NCBI GenBank assembly: GCA_046566385.1
Contig: JBKHWS010000006.1
Span: 2,055-66,054 of the forward strand
Origin: Bacteriovoracia bacterium
Lineage (GTDB): Bacteria; Bdellovibrionota; Bacteriovoracia; Bacteriovoracales; Bacteriovoracaceae
Length of the DNA stretch: 64,000 nt
Direction: 5' to 3'
Position numbers and translations under genes: made by a program. Within the stretch, counting starts at the first letter, position 1. Each line of letters begins with the position of its first letter. A model generated the notes under the pieces. The model searched no databases. It saw only the letters and a program-made list of their open reading frames with translations, and had not been told where the DNA came from. This document shows positions 50,796 to 60,639 of this stretch, piece by piece.

Positions 50796-51377
50796 ATGTC
50801 GTACACATTATTAGGATCCCTTACCTCCCCATTTGTCCGCAGAATTCGCCTTCTTATGGAAAGTCTTCCTTATGAATTAAAGGAATTGAATATCTATGAA
50901 ACCGATGACGGGCTTGCACTCAATAAGATTAATCCTGTGAATCAGATTCCCGTGCTTCTTGATGGCGAAACAAAAATCTGGGATTCAAGACAGATTTTTA
51001 ATTACTTGAATCAAAAGCACCAACTCCATTCCATGAACTGGGAAGATGAAAATACTCTCACCGCCATAGATGGGGCCATGGCAGCAGGAGTGAACTTGTT
51101 TTTGATGAAAAGATCCGGCATGAGCATCACCGAGCCGTATATGTTCATTAATCGTCAAAAAGAAAGAATGGATTCAGTCTTAACTTATCTAAGTCCCTAT
51201 ATGAAAGATAAAGGGTTAAAAGAATGGAACTTCATCTCCATGTCCCTGTATTGTTTTCTGGACTGGGCAAGCTTCAGAGGAATCATTGACATTGGAGGAC
51301 GTGAGGAATGTCATAGTTTCCTGGCCGCCCATAGTGATAAGAAAGCTGTGAAAGAAACAGAAATACCAAGGATCTAA
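50796..51377 (+). CDS. Glutathione S-transferase family protein
   Basis: [26 protein letters not shown]. Confidence 0.88.
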   Translation: MSYTLLGSLTSPFVRRIRLLMESLPYELKELNIYETDDGLALNKINPVNQIPVLLDGETKIWDSRQIFNYLNQKHQLHSMNWEDENTLTAIDGAMAAGVNLFLMKRSGMSITEPYMFINRQKERMDSVLTYLSPYMKDKGLKEWNFISMSLYCFLDWASFRGIIDIGGREECHSFLAAHSDKKAVKETEIPRI

Positions 51378-51379
51378 GA

Positions 51380-52045
51380 ATGAATTTTAACCAATACATT
51401 GATCATACTGCGCTTAAAGCAGACACAGATAAAAAACAAATCGAGAAACTTTGTGCTGAGGCCCGAGAGTATGATTTCTTCTCCGTTTGTGTAAATTCCT
51501 ACTATGTAAAAACTGCTGTTGCTCTTCTTAATGGAAGCTCATCTAAAGTCTGTACCGTTGTCGGCTTTCCACTTGGTGCTTCAACCATGGAGACTAAACG
51601 ATTTGAGGCCATGAAAGCAGTCGCAGAAGGGGCCAAAGAAATTGACATGGTCATCAATGTATCGGCCATCAAATCCGGTGAGTGGCAGTATGTTCTGGAT
51701 GACATGTCTTCTCTCGCCCAGGTATGCCATCAGCAAGGGGCCCTTTTAAAAGTCATCCTCGAAACTTGCCTTCTCACAGAGGAAGAAAAGAAAAAAGCAT
51801 GTGAACTGGCGGTAAAAGCGGGTGTTGATTTTGTGAAAACTTCCACTGGTTTTTCCACTGGCGGGGCAACTGTAGAAGACGTTAAACTCATGAGATCAAT
51901 TGTCGGGAACATGGGTGTTAAGGCCAGCGGTGGAATCCGTGATGCTGAAACAGCAAGAAAGATGATTGAAGCTGGTGCCACAAGGCTCGGGACAAGTGCC
52001 AGTGTGGAAATCATGAAAGGGATAAAAAGCTCGGCGAGTTATTGA
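51380..52045 (+). CDS. deoC: Deoxyribose-phosphate aldolase
   Basis: [44 protein letters not shown]. Confidence 0.97.
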   Translation: MNFNQYIDHTALKADTDKKQIEKLCAEAREYDFFSVCVNSYYVKTAVALLNGSSSKVCTVVGFPLGASTMETKRFEAMKAVAEGAKEIDMVINVSAIKSGEWQYVLDDMSSLAQVCHQQGALLKVILETCLLTEEEKKKACELAVKAGVDFVKTSTGFSTGGATVEDVKLMRSIVGNMGVKASGGIRDAETARKMIEAGATRLGTSASVEIMKGIKSSASY

Positions 52046-52046
52046 T

Positions 52047-53267
52047 CTACTCGCCGGTTACTTTTAGCATTCGAAGTTTTCCTATTTTCAGAATTAGCTC
52101 CTGATCTTTCTCAAGATTCAAGGTCTCAGCTGAATGATTTTCAAAGTTAACTTTCACCGCATTTTGCTGAATGAGACGTCTTCCCTCTGAGCGGGACTTC
52201 ACCAATTGAAGATCACTAAACAGATCGAGGAGATTAATGGTTCCTGCTGGCCTGGTGATGGTCATAATGTCATCAGGAATCTGCTTTTTAGAAAAGCGGG
52301 CCTCAAACTTCTCTCTTTCTTCTTTACCTGCAGCTTCACCATGGTAGTAACCAGTGATCTCAGCGGCCAGGGCCTTCTTGGCCTCCATTGGGTGGATGTG
52401 GCCTGTATTGAGTCCGGTTAACATAGCATCGACTTCCACTGCCGGTTTACGGCAAAGAAGAAGATAATATTTTTTCATGAGATCATCGGAGATCGACATT
52501 AACTTTCCGAACATATTAGTTGGGGTGTCAGTGAGAGCAATATAGTTATCCATGGATTTGGACATCTTATTAACGCCATCAGTACCTTCGATCAGAGGCA
52601 TGGTAAGAATGCACTGAGCTTCCTGATCAAAGGCATACTGAAGATTTCGTCCCATCATCAGATTGAAAGTCTGATCTGTCCCTCCGAGCTCAAGATCTGC
52701 CCTTAAATGAACTGAGTCATATCCTTGAAGAACGGGATAAACAAACTCGTGAAGATATATTGCTTCAGCGTTAGTGTACCTCTTGTTGAAATCATCCCTT
52801 TGTAGAAGTGCGCCCACGGTTGTCTTTGCCATAAGCCTGATGAGATCGAGACCTGACAGCTTGCCCAGCCAGTCTTTATTGAAAACGACGTGGGTTTTAG
52901 ACATGTCGAGAATTTTCCCAACCTGCTCTTTGTATGTTTGTGCATTCTCGATAACTTCTTCGGCCGTAAGAATAGGTCTGGTTTTATTCTTACCAGTTGG
53001 GTCACCAATTTGCGCCGTATAGTCACCGATCAGGAAGTAAATCTCATGGCCGAAGTCCTGAAGGAGTCTTAGCTTCTGGAGAACTACGGTATGCCCTAGG
53101 TGGATGTCTGGCCTTGAGGGATCAGCTCCAAATTTAACAATCAGTGGTTTTTGTTTCTCATAAGACTTTTGAAGTTTTTTCAGCAGTTCATCTTCAGGAA
53201 GAATTTCAAAAGCTCCCCTTTTAAGCTCAGCGAGTTGCTCTTCAGGTGAAACTGTAATGCGGGCCAT
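52047..53267 (-). CDS. tyrS: Tyrosine--tRNA ligase
   Basis: HLGH, QGYDS, GGTDQ, KMSKS, C-terminal S4-like domain. Confidence 0.97.
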   Translation of the reverse strand: MARITVSPEEQLAELKRGAFEILPEDELLKKLQKSYEKQKPLIVKFGADPSRPDIHLGHTVVLQKLRLLQDFGHEIYFLIGDYTAQIGDPTGKNKTRPILTAEEVIENAQTYKEQVGKILDMSKTHVVFNKDWLGKLSGLDLIRLMAKTTVGALLQRDDFNKRYTNAEAIYLHEFVYPVLQGYDSVHLRADLELGGTDQTFNLMMGRNLQYAFDQEAQCILTMPLIEGTDGVNKMSKSMDNYIALTDTPTNMFGKLMSISDDLMKKYYLLLCRKPAVEVDAMLTGLNTGHIHPMEAKKALAAEITGYYHGEAAGKEEREKFEARFSKKQIPDDIMTITRPAGTINLLDLFSDLQLVKSRSEGRRLIQQNAVKVNFENHSAETLNLEKDQELILKIGKLRMLKVTGE

Positions 53268-53319
53268 AGACTCTCCTTTAACTCGTTCATTCTAGTTCAC
53301 CGGGAAGATTTAGTGAATA

Positions 53320-53901
53320 CTAAGAGTCTCTCCAGCCCACTTTTATGAGCCATTTTCTGAATTCAGCATCCTTTTTTGCAGGATCTTTGGGTGGACGATC
53401 CAGGGGGCCCTGGACAGGTGAACTGGCCAGAGGGGGAAGACCCATGGATTTTCTTCTGGCATCTACCCTTGTGATATCCTCAATGGGAGTTCTTTTAAGT
53501 TCTCCATTTATCCAATCGGCATTAGTCCCATAGAGTTGCGGGCGACCTTCAAAAAAGGCCACCCTATCTTCTGTGTAAGTGAGCAATTCAAGGATGTAGT
53601 CATTTTGTCCTGCTGCAAGCCTCATTTCCATGAGGCATTCCTTCATGAAATCGGGCCAAGAAATGGCATGTTGAATGATAAGCCAGGAGAGCCTCACGCC
53701 CTTGTCGCCAGCATTGCTCAAGACTGGAAACCCCATTTTTTTGATCATTTCCTGAAGCCGACGGGCATTATTCAAATGCACTTTTTCCATTTCGGGATGA
53801 TAGGTATCAGAGAGCACACCTTTCTCCAGAAGAATGTTTCTCATCTGGTGATCTTGCTGAACAAGAAAGTTAAGTTTTTCTTCCCAGGTAATATCGAACA
53901 T
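53320..53901 (-). CDS. DUF6624-like hypothetical protein
   Basis: DHQMR, GFP, WLIIQHA, DRV..FEGRPQLYGT, VDARRKSMGLPPL. Confidence 0.75.
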   Translation of the reverse strand: MFDITWEEKLNFLVQQDHQMRNILLEKGVLSDTYHPEMEKVHLNNARRLQEMIKKMGFPVLSNAGDKGVRLSWLIIQHAISWPDFMKECLMEMRLAAGQNDYILELLTYTEDRVAFFEGRPQLYGTNADWINGELKRTPIEDITRVDARRKSMGLPPLASSPVQGPLDRPPKDPAKKDAEFRKWLIKVGWRDS

Positions 53902-53902
53902 A

Positions 53903-54337
53903 TCAAACTTTTACAGAGATTCTCAGATCTCCAAGATGAGCGCTGGCCTTTTTCAATTTATGAAGAAGTGGACGGTAGAGAGAGAAATCAGGAGTGTGGC
54001 CTTTTTTCATCTTTTTCAGAATCTCTTCCAGGGATTTTGCCAGTTGGGATAAGAGACTCTGTACCGATAAAAGTTTGGGAAGATCGTTCACTTGTCCTGC
54101 TTTATATCCAAGTTCTTTTCCCATTTTTGCCAATTCACCCAACTCATTCAGAGAAAGAGTGAAAGCTGCACCCATTATACGATCAACGTTCTGACCATAG
54201 GTTTCAAATAGATGGTTGTCTTCGACTGTTGAGAAATTAGATACAAGTTCTTTCAAGGAAGCGAGAACTTCAAAAGATTCACTAAGAAAAGAATCCAGAA
54301 ACTCTTTTTCAATTTCTATGCCCGAGTCATTAATCAT
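53903..54337 (-). CDS. Hpt/CheA-P1-like helical protein lacking the phospho-His
   Basis: FLDSFLSESFEVL ... YGQNVDRIMGAA ... LGELAK aligns by eye to CheA P1 with Asp at the His site. Confidence 0.6.
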   Translation of the reverse strand: MINDSGIEIEKEFLDSFLSESFEVLASLKELVSNFSTVEDNHLFETYGQNVDRIMGAAFTLSLNELGELAKMGKELGYKAGQVNDLPKLLSVQSLLSQLAKSLEEILKKMKKGHTPDFSLYRPLLHKLKKASAHLGDLRISVKV

Positions 54338-54485
54338 CCCGTTATTTTAAGGGCTCCCGTGCCTATTTCAAACAGGAATTAAACTTGTGAGCCGCAGCAA
54401 GAAAACAAGTTCAAATTAAGGTCAGTAACTGACTACCTTACCCTGACTTTGTTCTTAAAAGGGGCTAAACTGTTAGTCAGGAGAA

Positions 54486-54878
54486 TTGATGATGAAGGTT
54501 ATCTTTTTTGATGGTGTCTGTGGTCTATGCAATGGTTTTATCGATTTTATCATGAAGATTGATACGGAAAAAAAATTCCACTTTTCTCCCCTTCAAAGTG
54601 AGTACGCGCAGAAGAATCTTCCTCCTGAATTCACCCGGGACTTAAAGTCCGTTGTCTATAAAGAGAATGATCATTGTTACAGTAAATCAGAAGCCGTTTT
54701 GAAAGTCCTGACGGAGCTGGGTGGAATTTGGAAACTGGCCAGTCTTGGAAAACTTCTACCTTCTCCATTTTTAAACTGGGGATATGATCTGGTTGCAGAG
54801 AACCGGTATAAAATTTTTGGCAAAAAAGAAACTTGCCGATTACCCACGCCTGAAGAGCGTTCAAGATTTGTCAGCTAA
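54486..54878 (+). CDS. DCC1-like (DUF393/YuxK) thiol-disulfide oxidoreductase
   Basis: FFDGVCGLCNG (DxxCxxC), FSPLQS, YDLVAENRY.IFG, CRLP. Confidence 0.92.
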   Translation: MMMKVIFFDGVCGLCNGFIDFIMKIDTEKKFHFSPLQSEYAQKNLPPEFTRDLKSVVYKENDHCYSKSEAVLKVLTELGGIWKLASLGKLLPSPFLNWGYDLVAENRYKIFGKKETCRLPTPEERSRFVS

Positions 54879-55006
54879 AGATCATCTAAAATCAAAATAA
54901 AGCCCAGCTTAATATTTCGAATTCTTTGTGAATTACTGCTCCTGCACAATTTTAATAATGCATTTACTCAGGCATAAAGAGTCAAATTTTTTTCGCGAGG
55001 TATAGA

Positions 55007-56356
55007 ATGAAAAAATTTGTCCTGCTTATTGCAACTGCATTCTTTCTGTTAAGTGATGCAGATGCATTTGACGTCAGTCTCCTGGCCAATAACAAAGAGG
55101 CCATCTCCCGTCACCTCTCAAGACAAAGCATTTTTGCTGTCTCTGATTGGGTGGCCCGGCATCGTCTTGGAAACGAATTAAAGATGAAATCTGTCCTAAG
55201 CTTAAAAGACACTTTCAACGAGATGGAGAAAATCGATACCACCTGTGAAATTGGTCTGGTGAGGCAACTTCAAAACGATGCAAAAAAATATGGAGTCATT
55301 GATGGAACAGATGAATTCCTCACTTATATTGCATATCTCAGAAATGAAGATCTGATTGATGACATCCTCTATAAGCTTCTTGAAGACTCCGCCTATGTGG
55401 ATATTGAAATGCAGGAGACCGTTAATCGCAATCCTCCTCCGAGACCCTGGAATCTCAACACAAGACAGAATGCTGGTATGGATCTCAAGAAATTCTTCGA
55501 ACCAATTCAAAAATGGCCGGATGATGTGAAAAGATGTTCCATTGATACTCTCTTCAATATGGTGAAGGATTTGAAATGGAAAAACAGCAAGGATCTTGAT
55601 GGCCAGCTTCTAAAACTTAATTACCTTGGCTATTCAGACGGGTACATCAACCTTGAAACTTTCAACAAGCTCGAGACCCTGAGAAAACGTGATGTCATGG
55701 ACTGGCCGATCTACTTCAAGAGATATGCCGACGTCATTAACAACGCCAAAGACAAGTTAACCAAAAGTCCGGACGTTAAAAGTACAAATGACTTCTCTTC
55801 TGAATATGTCTCCAGAAAAGACAAAATCACCAAGCGCGGTCATCTTTACCGCACCTACAACAGTACCCAGATCATCATGCTGGCGCAGATCATAGAAAAA
55901 GCTGCCAAGAGAATGGATGCCAAAGAAGCTTATCTCAGATGGCAGTATACAGAAGATCCTGATGGGGAACATGAAATCTATGTTCTTTCTCCTATGGAGC
56001 AGTATCGGGTAGCGATCAGGATGCTAAGAAAAGACATGGCAGAAGTCATGCGCTCTCAAGCATTTCAGAATACGGGATTGCAATATGAAGATTTAATTTC
56101 TGCTGCCTATGAAACAGGTTTCATCAAATCGGAAGAACTGGACCATGTTCTGAAGTTTGAAGATCTCTGGAACCCTAAGACCCCAAAGTGGAAAAAGTAT
56201 GCCAACTTTGCTTTCTCCCTCGCAGGAACTGCCTCATTCTATCTTCCTCCTCCCTGGAATATTATTGGGGCCATAGGTCTCGTCCTGACCCAATCAAAGC
56301 TTGTAAACGGAGACCAGCAACCTGATCCTGATGATAACTGGAACGTCATTATTTAA
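55007..56356 (+). CDS. Secreted hypothetical protein with C-terminal hydrophobic hairpin
   Basis: Signal peptide (ADA|F); helical body; FAFSLAGTASFYLPPPWNIIGAIGLVL near the C-terminus. Confidence 0.75.
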   Translation: MKKFVLLIATAFFLLSDADAFDVSLLANNKEAISRHLSRQSIFAVSDWVARHRLGNELKMKSVLSLKDTFNEMEKIDTTCEIGLVRQLQNDAKKYGVIDGTDEFLTYIAYLRNEDLIDDILYKLLEDSAYVDIEMQETVNRNPPPRPWNLNTRQNAGMDLKKFFEPIQKWPDDVKRCSIDTLFNMVKDLKWKNSKDLDGQLLKLNYLGYSDGYINLETFNKLETLRKRDVMDWPIYFKRYADVINNAKDKLTKSPDVKSTNDFSSEYVSRKDKITKRGHLYRTYNSTQIIMLAQIIEKAAKRMDAKEAYLRWQYTEDPDGEHEIYVLSPMEQYRVAIRMLRKDMAEVMRSQAFQNTGLQYEDLISAAYETGFIKSEELDHVLKFEDLWNPKTPKWKKYANFAFSLAGTASFYLPPPWNIIGAIGLVLTQSKLVNGDQQPDPDDNWNVII

Positions 56357-56367
56357 TGGAGAAACAT

Positions 56368-57597
56368 ATGAAAAAGAAACTAGTTCTGCTACTAGCTCTG
56401 GCAACAATTACCTCTATGGTAGAGGCAGCCACTTCCTTTAAAGTTCTTCTCCGCAAGGAAAGATCACATAGGGTTTACTATTCAAAAGTTGAGATGCCGG
56501 ACCTCGAAAGTGACAGCTCTTTTGATGGAAAGTATTTCAAAATCGTCAAAGGTAAAGATAAAGAAGCAATCAGATTCGATGAGCAAGACGAAGACCTCCT
56601 GTTACGATCGGCCACTGCTTACTATCATCTTAATCAGGCCCGGGACTTCTGGGTAAGACACATCAAATCGGAATACGCTGCTGCCCTTCCGAAAATTGTC
56701 GTAAGAGTTGAAATCAAAAACCAGTTTAATGAACTGGGCCACTTCGCTCATGACAATAAGGCCCCCCAGTACAATAATGCTCTCTCGATTCCCGCTGGCC
56801 AAACACCTGCCTGGGTACCTGCCCACAAGCAGGATAAATGGGAAAAAGAGATCTGGTTCCGCCCAATGAAGTATGTCCTGACGAAAGACCTGGGACCAAT
56901 GGGACCCAATCCCCTTACCCAATCTTTGAGGGCCCTGGAGGATCCTCTACTGGACTATACTCAAAATCAATTTCAACAGCGATTAATGGAAGAGCTTTTC
57001 TATCCGGCCTATGTCTCTCGTCCCCTCCATGAAGACATTTTCAGATACGCAGGGACTTTCGCACTGATGAAAGTCATCATCTATGGTTCTAAATATGCCG
57101 ACAGCCTTTTTGTAGATAAGTACTATTATCTCGATACCGCAATGGTTCCGGAAATTGCTTATCATGAATACGCACACATTGTGCTAAGTGAAAGACTTGA
57201 AATGTCCCACTCTACCCCGGTTAACGAAGGAGTTGCAGACTACTTCGCAGCTGTTCAGTCCCAGACCAGGAAAATTTACGGGAAAGTTCCCGGCTATAGT
57301 AATGCTGCTCCCAAAGATACCCGTGACGATAAAGAAAAATACAGCCATTGGCATGAATCCAATCGTCTTGCGACCTCAGATTTCACACTCTCGGTCCTTT
57401 GGGATGTGAGAGAAACCCTCGGACCTGATTATGGTGACAAAGTCGTTTACGAGGCAAGAAACTACCTCAAAACATCAACCTCCACCATCAGCGACGGGCT
57501 CCTAAGAGCAATTCTCAGGGCCTGTGAAAAGAAGTGCGAAGCGCCTCGAAGAGACAAGTACAAACTCTATCAGACATTTATGAAGAAAGGCTTTTAA
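56368..57597 (+). CDS. Secreted gluzincin zinc metalloprotease (M4/M36-like motif)
   Basis: Signal peptide; YNNA, HEYAH, NEGVADYFA, LWDVR. Confidence 0.8.
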   Translation: MKKKLVLLLALATITSMVEAATSFKVLLRKERSHRVYYSKVEMPDLESDSSFDGKYFKIVKGKDKEAIRFDEQDEDLLLRSATAYYHLNQARDFWVRHIKSEYAAALPKIVVRVEIKNQFNELGHFAHDNKAPQYNNALSIPAGQTPAWVPAHKQDKWEKEIWFRPMKYVLTKDLGPMGPNPLTQSLRALEDPLLDYTQNQFQQRLMEELFYPAYVSRPLHEDIFRYAGTFALMKVIIYGSKYADSLFVDKYYYLDTAMVPEIAYHEYAHIVLSERLEMSHSTPVNEGVADYFAAVQSQTRKIYGKVPGYSNAAPKDTRDDKEKYSHWHESNRLATSDFTLSVLWDVRETLGPDYGDKVVYEARNYLKTSTSTISDGLLRAILRACEKKCEAPRRDKYKLYQTFMKKGF

Positions 57598-57600
57598 GGG

Positions 57601-57627
57601 AGGGGGACGAAAGTCCCCCTTTTTTTT
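57601..57627 (+). terminator. Intrinsic terminator between convergent units
   Basis: AGGGGGAC-GAAA-GTCCCCCT plus T7. Confidence 0.9.
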
Positions 57628-58564
57628 ATCTCGTTGCGGGAGATAGCTTCTTAGGAAATACAGGTCTAAGGGCCTTCGCCTTTAACCAGGCAAGTTCTTT
57701 GGGCTCAAGAAACAATATGTAACCGGCAATCATCACCCATTCAAAAAATCCGATACTCATCGATACCTCAATAAATAAATGAAGGATGACTCCGGATAAA
57801 AGAACCCATATTCTCAACTCTTTAATCCAGACCAGACTTCCCATCGCAAATTCTATGAATAAAGCAGACCAGGTGGCGAATTTCACCAGAGACGGAAAAT
57901 CAAAGACAATCGGCAACACGACTCTCTGAAAATTAACCAGCCTGGATGTGTAATAAACTGCTGTACCATCGACCCAGTCATAACCTTTCAACTTAAACAA
58001 TGTTGTCGCCAGATAAACGAGGGAAAACTGAAGCTGCATCAAGCGAATAGTCAGGATGGATACGTCTGACTGATAAGCTTCGCCTTTCCTTCTTTGCAGA
58101 AAAGCATCTACCGAGTGTTTGACATGAACGGGAGCAAACATCATAAGAAAAAGCATGCATCTCATTAAAGTATCGCCACTGTTCAAAATTGCGTAGTTAC
58201 GATTTTGTAAGGAAACCATCAGCACAAAGCAAACAACAGCTGCAATTCTTGTCTTGAGTCCAACCATGATGGCCAAGGAAGAAATGATGTAGGTCCATAG
58301 GACAAGCTGGCCTGAAAACTCTGTCGGTGATAGCCACGAGAAAACATTTATTCGGAAATTACTATAAAAATTAAATGAATCATGTAGAGGAACCAGTGCA
58401 TTGTCCCCGATCCCGTACCATTCCTGGAAGTCTTCTACGAGGCTAATGCCATTAAGGAATAGAAAAAAGCCGAAAATGATCCGGAACACACACAGGGCAC
58501 TGGCGTCCACCCTGGAATAAAAAAAGCGATCCCATCCCTCTGTAATTGTTTTTAGGGAAATCAT
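57626..58564 (-). CDS. HTTM-domain membrane protein (SdpB / vitamin K-dependent carboxylase N-terminal-like), copy 2
   Basis: ALCVFRIIFG, GLKTR, RN..ILNSGD, QFSLVYL...FKLKGYDWVDGTA, LHLFIEVSMSIGFF. Confidence 0.88.
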   Translation of the reverse strand: MISLKTITEGWDRFFYSRVDASALCVFRIIFGFFLFLNGISLVEDFQEWYGIGDNALVPLHDSFNFYSNFRINVFSWLSPTEFSGQLVLWTYIISSLAIMVGLKTRIAAVVCFVLMVSLQNRNYAILNSGDTLMRCMLFLMMFAPVHVKHSVDAFLQRRKGEAYQSDVSILTIRLMQLQFSLVYLATTLFKLKGYDWVDGTAVYYTSRLVNFQRVVLPIVFDFPSLVKFATWSALFIEFAMGSLVWIKELRIWVLLSGVILHLFIEVSMSIGFFEWVMIAGYILFLEPKELAWLKAKALRPVFPKKLSPATR

Positions 58565-58566
58565 AT

Positions 58567-59094
58567 TTACCTCTCTAAGTTCTGGGAAATGAGGACTTCA
58601 TTTCTTTCGGTTCTGGGAGTATTGGAAATAGATGGAATTGAATGATCAGAAAAAGGATGAACTTCTTTCCATTTACGTTTTAGCTTAACATTCACAATAG
58701 GATTATTTTCTTGCCGGTACTTCCGTGCAAAATACTTAATTGCCGGCCTCAGCAGACCTCTCTGATTCGGATTTCGTAAGTTATCCTGAGAGTACTTCAT
58801 CCATCGGGCCTTTCTGAACGGGCCAAGTATCCCATCCACCTGCTTCTCGACGTCGTACTCCTTGATCTCACCGTTCTTATAAGTAATTTCAACATAACTC
58901 TTGGAATCAAATTTTATAGGATTAGGAGCAAACATGGACCAGCTCGGCCAGATTCCAAGAGCAAAAGCAACTTTCTGGGTCTGCTGTTTAAGACGGAAGG
59001 TTAAAGTGTTGGTTTCAGGAACTCCGGTAAAGTAAATAACGGAGAGATAGAACACGATCAGAACATTCAAAAAAATCCTAGTTAGCCGTCTCAT
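58567..59094 (-). CDS. SdpA-like partner of HTTM protein, copy 2
   Basis: N-terminal TM; WSMFAPNP, RWMKY; translationally coupled on both sides. Confidence 0.72.
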   Translation of the reverse strand: MRRLTRIFLNVLIVFYLSVIYFTGVPETNTLTFRLKQQTQKVAFALGIWPSWSMFAPNPIKFDSKSYVEITYKNGEIKEYDVEKQVDGILGPFRKARWMKYSQDNLRNPNQRGLLRPAIKYFARKYRQENNPIVNVKLKRKWKEVHPFSDHSIPSISNTPRTERNEVLISQNLER

Positions 59095-60070
59095 GTTGAC
59101 CTCTTATGCTCTTTATTATTTTTTCCTTCATTCCTTCAGAAATTGTCGACTCATTGATTCCCTGAATGAATGTCTTCTGCATCTTCAGAACAAAGCCCCT
59201 CATTTCTTCAGGAGTAAAGAAATTAACCAGTAGTGTAATCATAAAAAGTTCAAAGAAAGGAATGCTCATGGTGTATTCAATACCCAGATGAAAAATAACT
59301 CCTGCAATGATGACGGGCCTTCTCAACTCCTTAAACCAAATAAGAATTCCAAGAGAAAACTCCAGGATCAAAGTTCCCCAGGTAAGGGCCGCCAGGAACC
59401 ATGTAGAATCCATAAGCCATGGTAGAGAAGAATTTGAGAGATGTTCCAGACGAGTTGCATAGTAAACAGCTGTCCCGTCAATCCAGGTCTCCCCCTTGAG
59501 CTTATGCCAGAAGGTCCATAAATAGATCACAGAAATCTGAATCTGAATTAATCTCACCGACCAGAACGACCACTCCTTCTTTTGCCTGAAAGAAGGGAAA
59601 TAACGACCGAGGAATGCATCAACAGAAAGACTGTGAGCACAAGGAGAAAAGATCAGCAGGAAAGTAATTGTCCTCATGAGTAATTCTGAAGAGCTTAAAA
59701 GCCAAATATTTCTCTGATGTAAACTCGTCATACAAATCAGTGCGATCAAAAGTGAAGTACGGGTAAATAATCCAAATATTGAGGCCAACAATGAAAGCCC
59801 ATAAACGGTCATAATGGCATAAACGGCATCATAACCAGGTTTAAAAAAATGGAATAAACTGGCCTGGAGGTAGGGAAACTGATCTCTAACGGTTGTTAAT
59901 GAGACGATAGCGTGAGGCCCATAGAAATCCTGAATATTAGCAAGATCGAGAATGAAATAAAGAAAAATCAGCCCCATCCACATTATTCGAAATAGAGCAA
60001 TTCCTTCTGTAGGCCTCTCCTGAAAGAAAAAATTATCCCAAGCGGCGATTGCTTTTTTCATGCTTAACAT
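59078..60070 (-). CDS. HTTM-domain membrane protein, copy 1
   Basis: IALFRI, GLFTR, QRN, QISVIYL...HKLKGETWIDGTA, FHLGIEYTMSIPFF; TGATG coupling. Confidence 0.88.
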   Translation of the reverse strand: MLSMKKAIAAWDNFFFQERPTEGIALFRIMWMGLIFLYFILDLANIQDFYGPHAIVSLTTVRDQFPYLQASLFHFFKPGYDAVYAIMTVYGLSLLASIFGLFTRTSLLIALICMTSLHQRNIWLLSSSELLMRTITFLLIFSPCAHSLSVDAFLGRYFPSFRQKKEWSFWSVRLIQIQISVIYLWTFWHKLKGETWIDGTAVYYATRLEHLSNSSLPWLMDSTWFLAALTWGTLILEFSLGILIWFKELRRPVIIAGVIFHLGIEYTMSIPFFELFMITLLVNFFTPEEMRGFVLKMQKTFIQGINESTISEGMKEKIIKSIRGQHETAN

Positions 60071-60600
60071 CAAAGCACCTCATGTGTATAAAATTTATAA
60101 CTGCTGTATTTTTTTACTGGTTTTAAATGAGGACGAAAGCTGGTCTTCATATCAGGGATAATGTCCCAATGCCGTACGAGATCAACTCTCAATGGTATTT
60201 TATGGAGGTTTGTACTTCTTAACTTTCTCAAAGCAAATTTTGCGCTGTCCTTCCAGAGGAACTTATTATTATCCCTGCGTATAGCATCCGTAATAACCCT
60301 GTATCTTTCTCCATTCACATATTTTTCAAAAATCGACATTTCAGATGCTCGTGGAAAAACATAGGTATCTTTAGAGTTATCATCAAATAGTACCTCTGCT
60401 GTTATGAAGGAATTTGTCCTTGCAGGATTAGGTGAAAACATAGTCCATGTTTGATAGAGACTGAAAAATGACAAGAAGGGATCTACAGGACGATAAAGAG
60501 CAGAGAAAAATTTTGAGTTCATAGGCAAGTGAACACGTGCCATTATTAAAAAGTTGAAAATAATAAAAGCACTAATCAAGATCTTTTTAAGATTAGACAT
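60070..60600 (-). CDS. SdpA-like partner of HTTM protein, copy 1
   Basis: Start at ATG 60600 (MSNLKK); N-terminal TM; YQTWTMFSPNP, ERYR. Confidence 0.72.
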   Translation of the reverse strand: MSNLKKILISAFIIFNFLIMARVHLPMNSKFFSALYRPVDPFLSFFSLYQTWTMFSPNPARTNSFITAEVLFDDNSKDTYVFPRASEMSIFEKYVNGERYRVITDAIRRDNNKFLWKDSAKFALRKLRSTNLHKIPLRVDLVRHWDIIPDMKTSFRPHLKPVKKYSSYKFYTHEVL

Positions 60601-60639
60601 AGAAAAATTCCTGATATTAAAAGAAGTTTTAGAATTAAA

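Noticed and set aside
53268-53319. T-box leader for tyrS
   Set aside because: The intergenic region is only ~50 nt and has no T-box motif.
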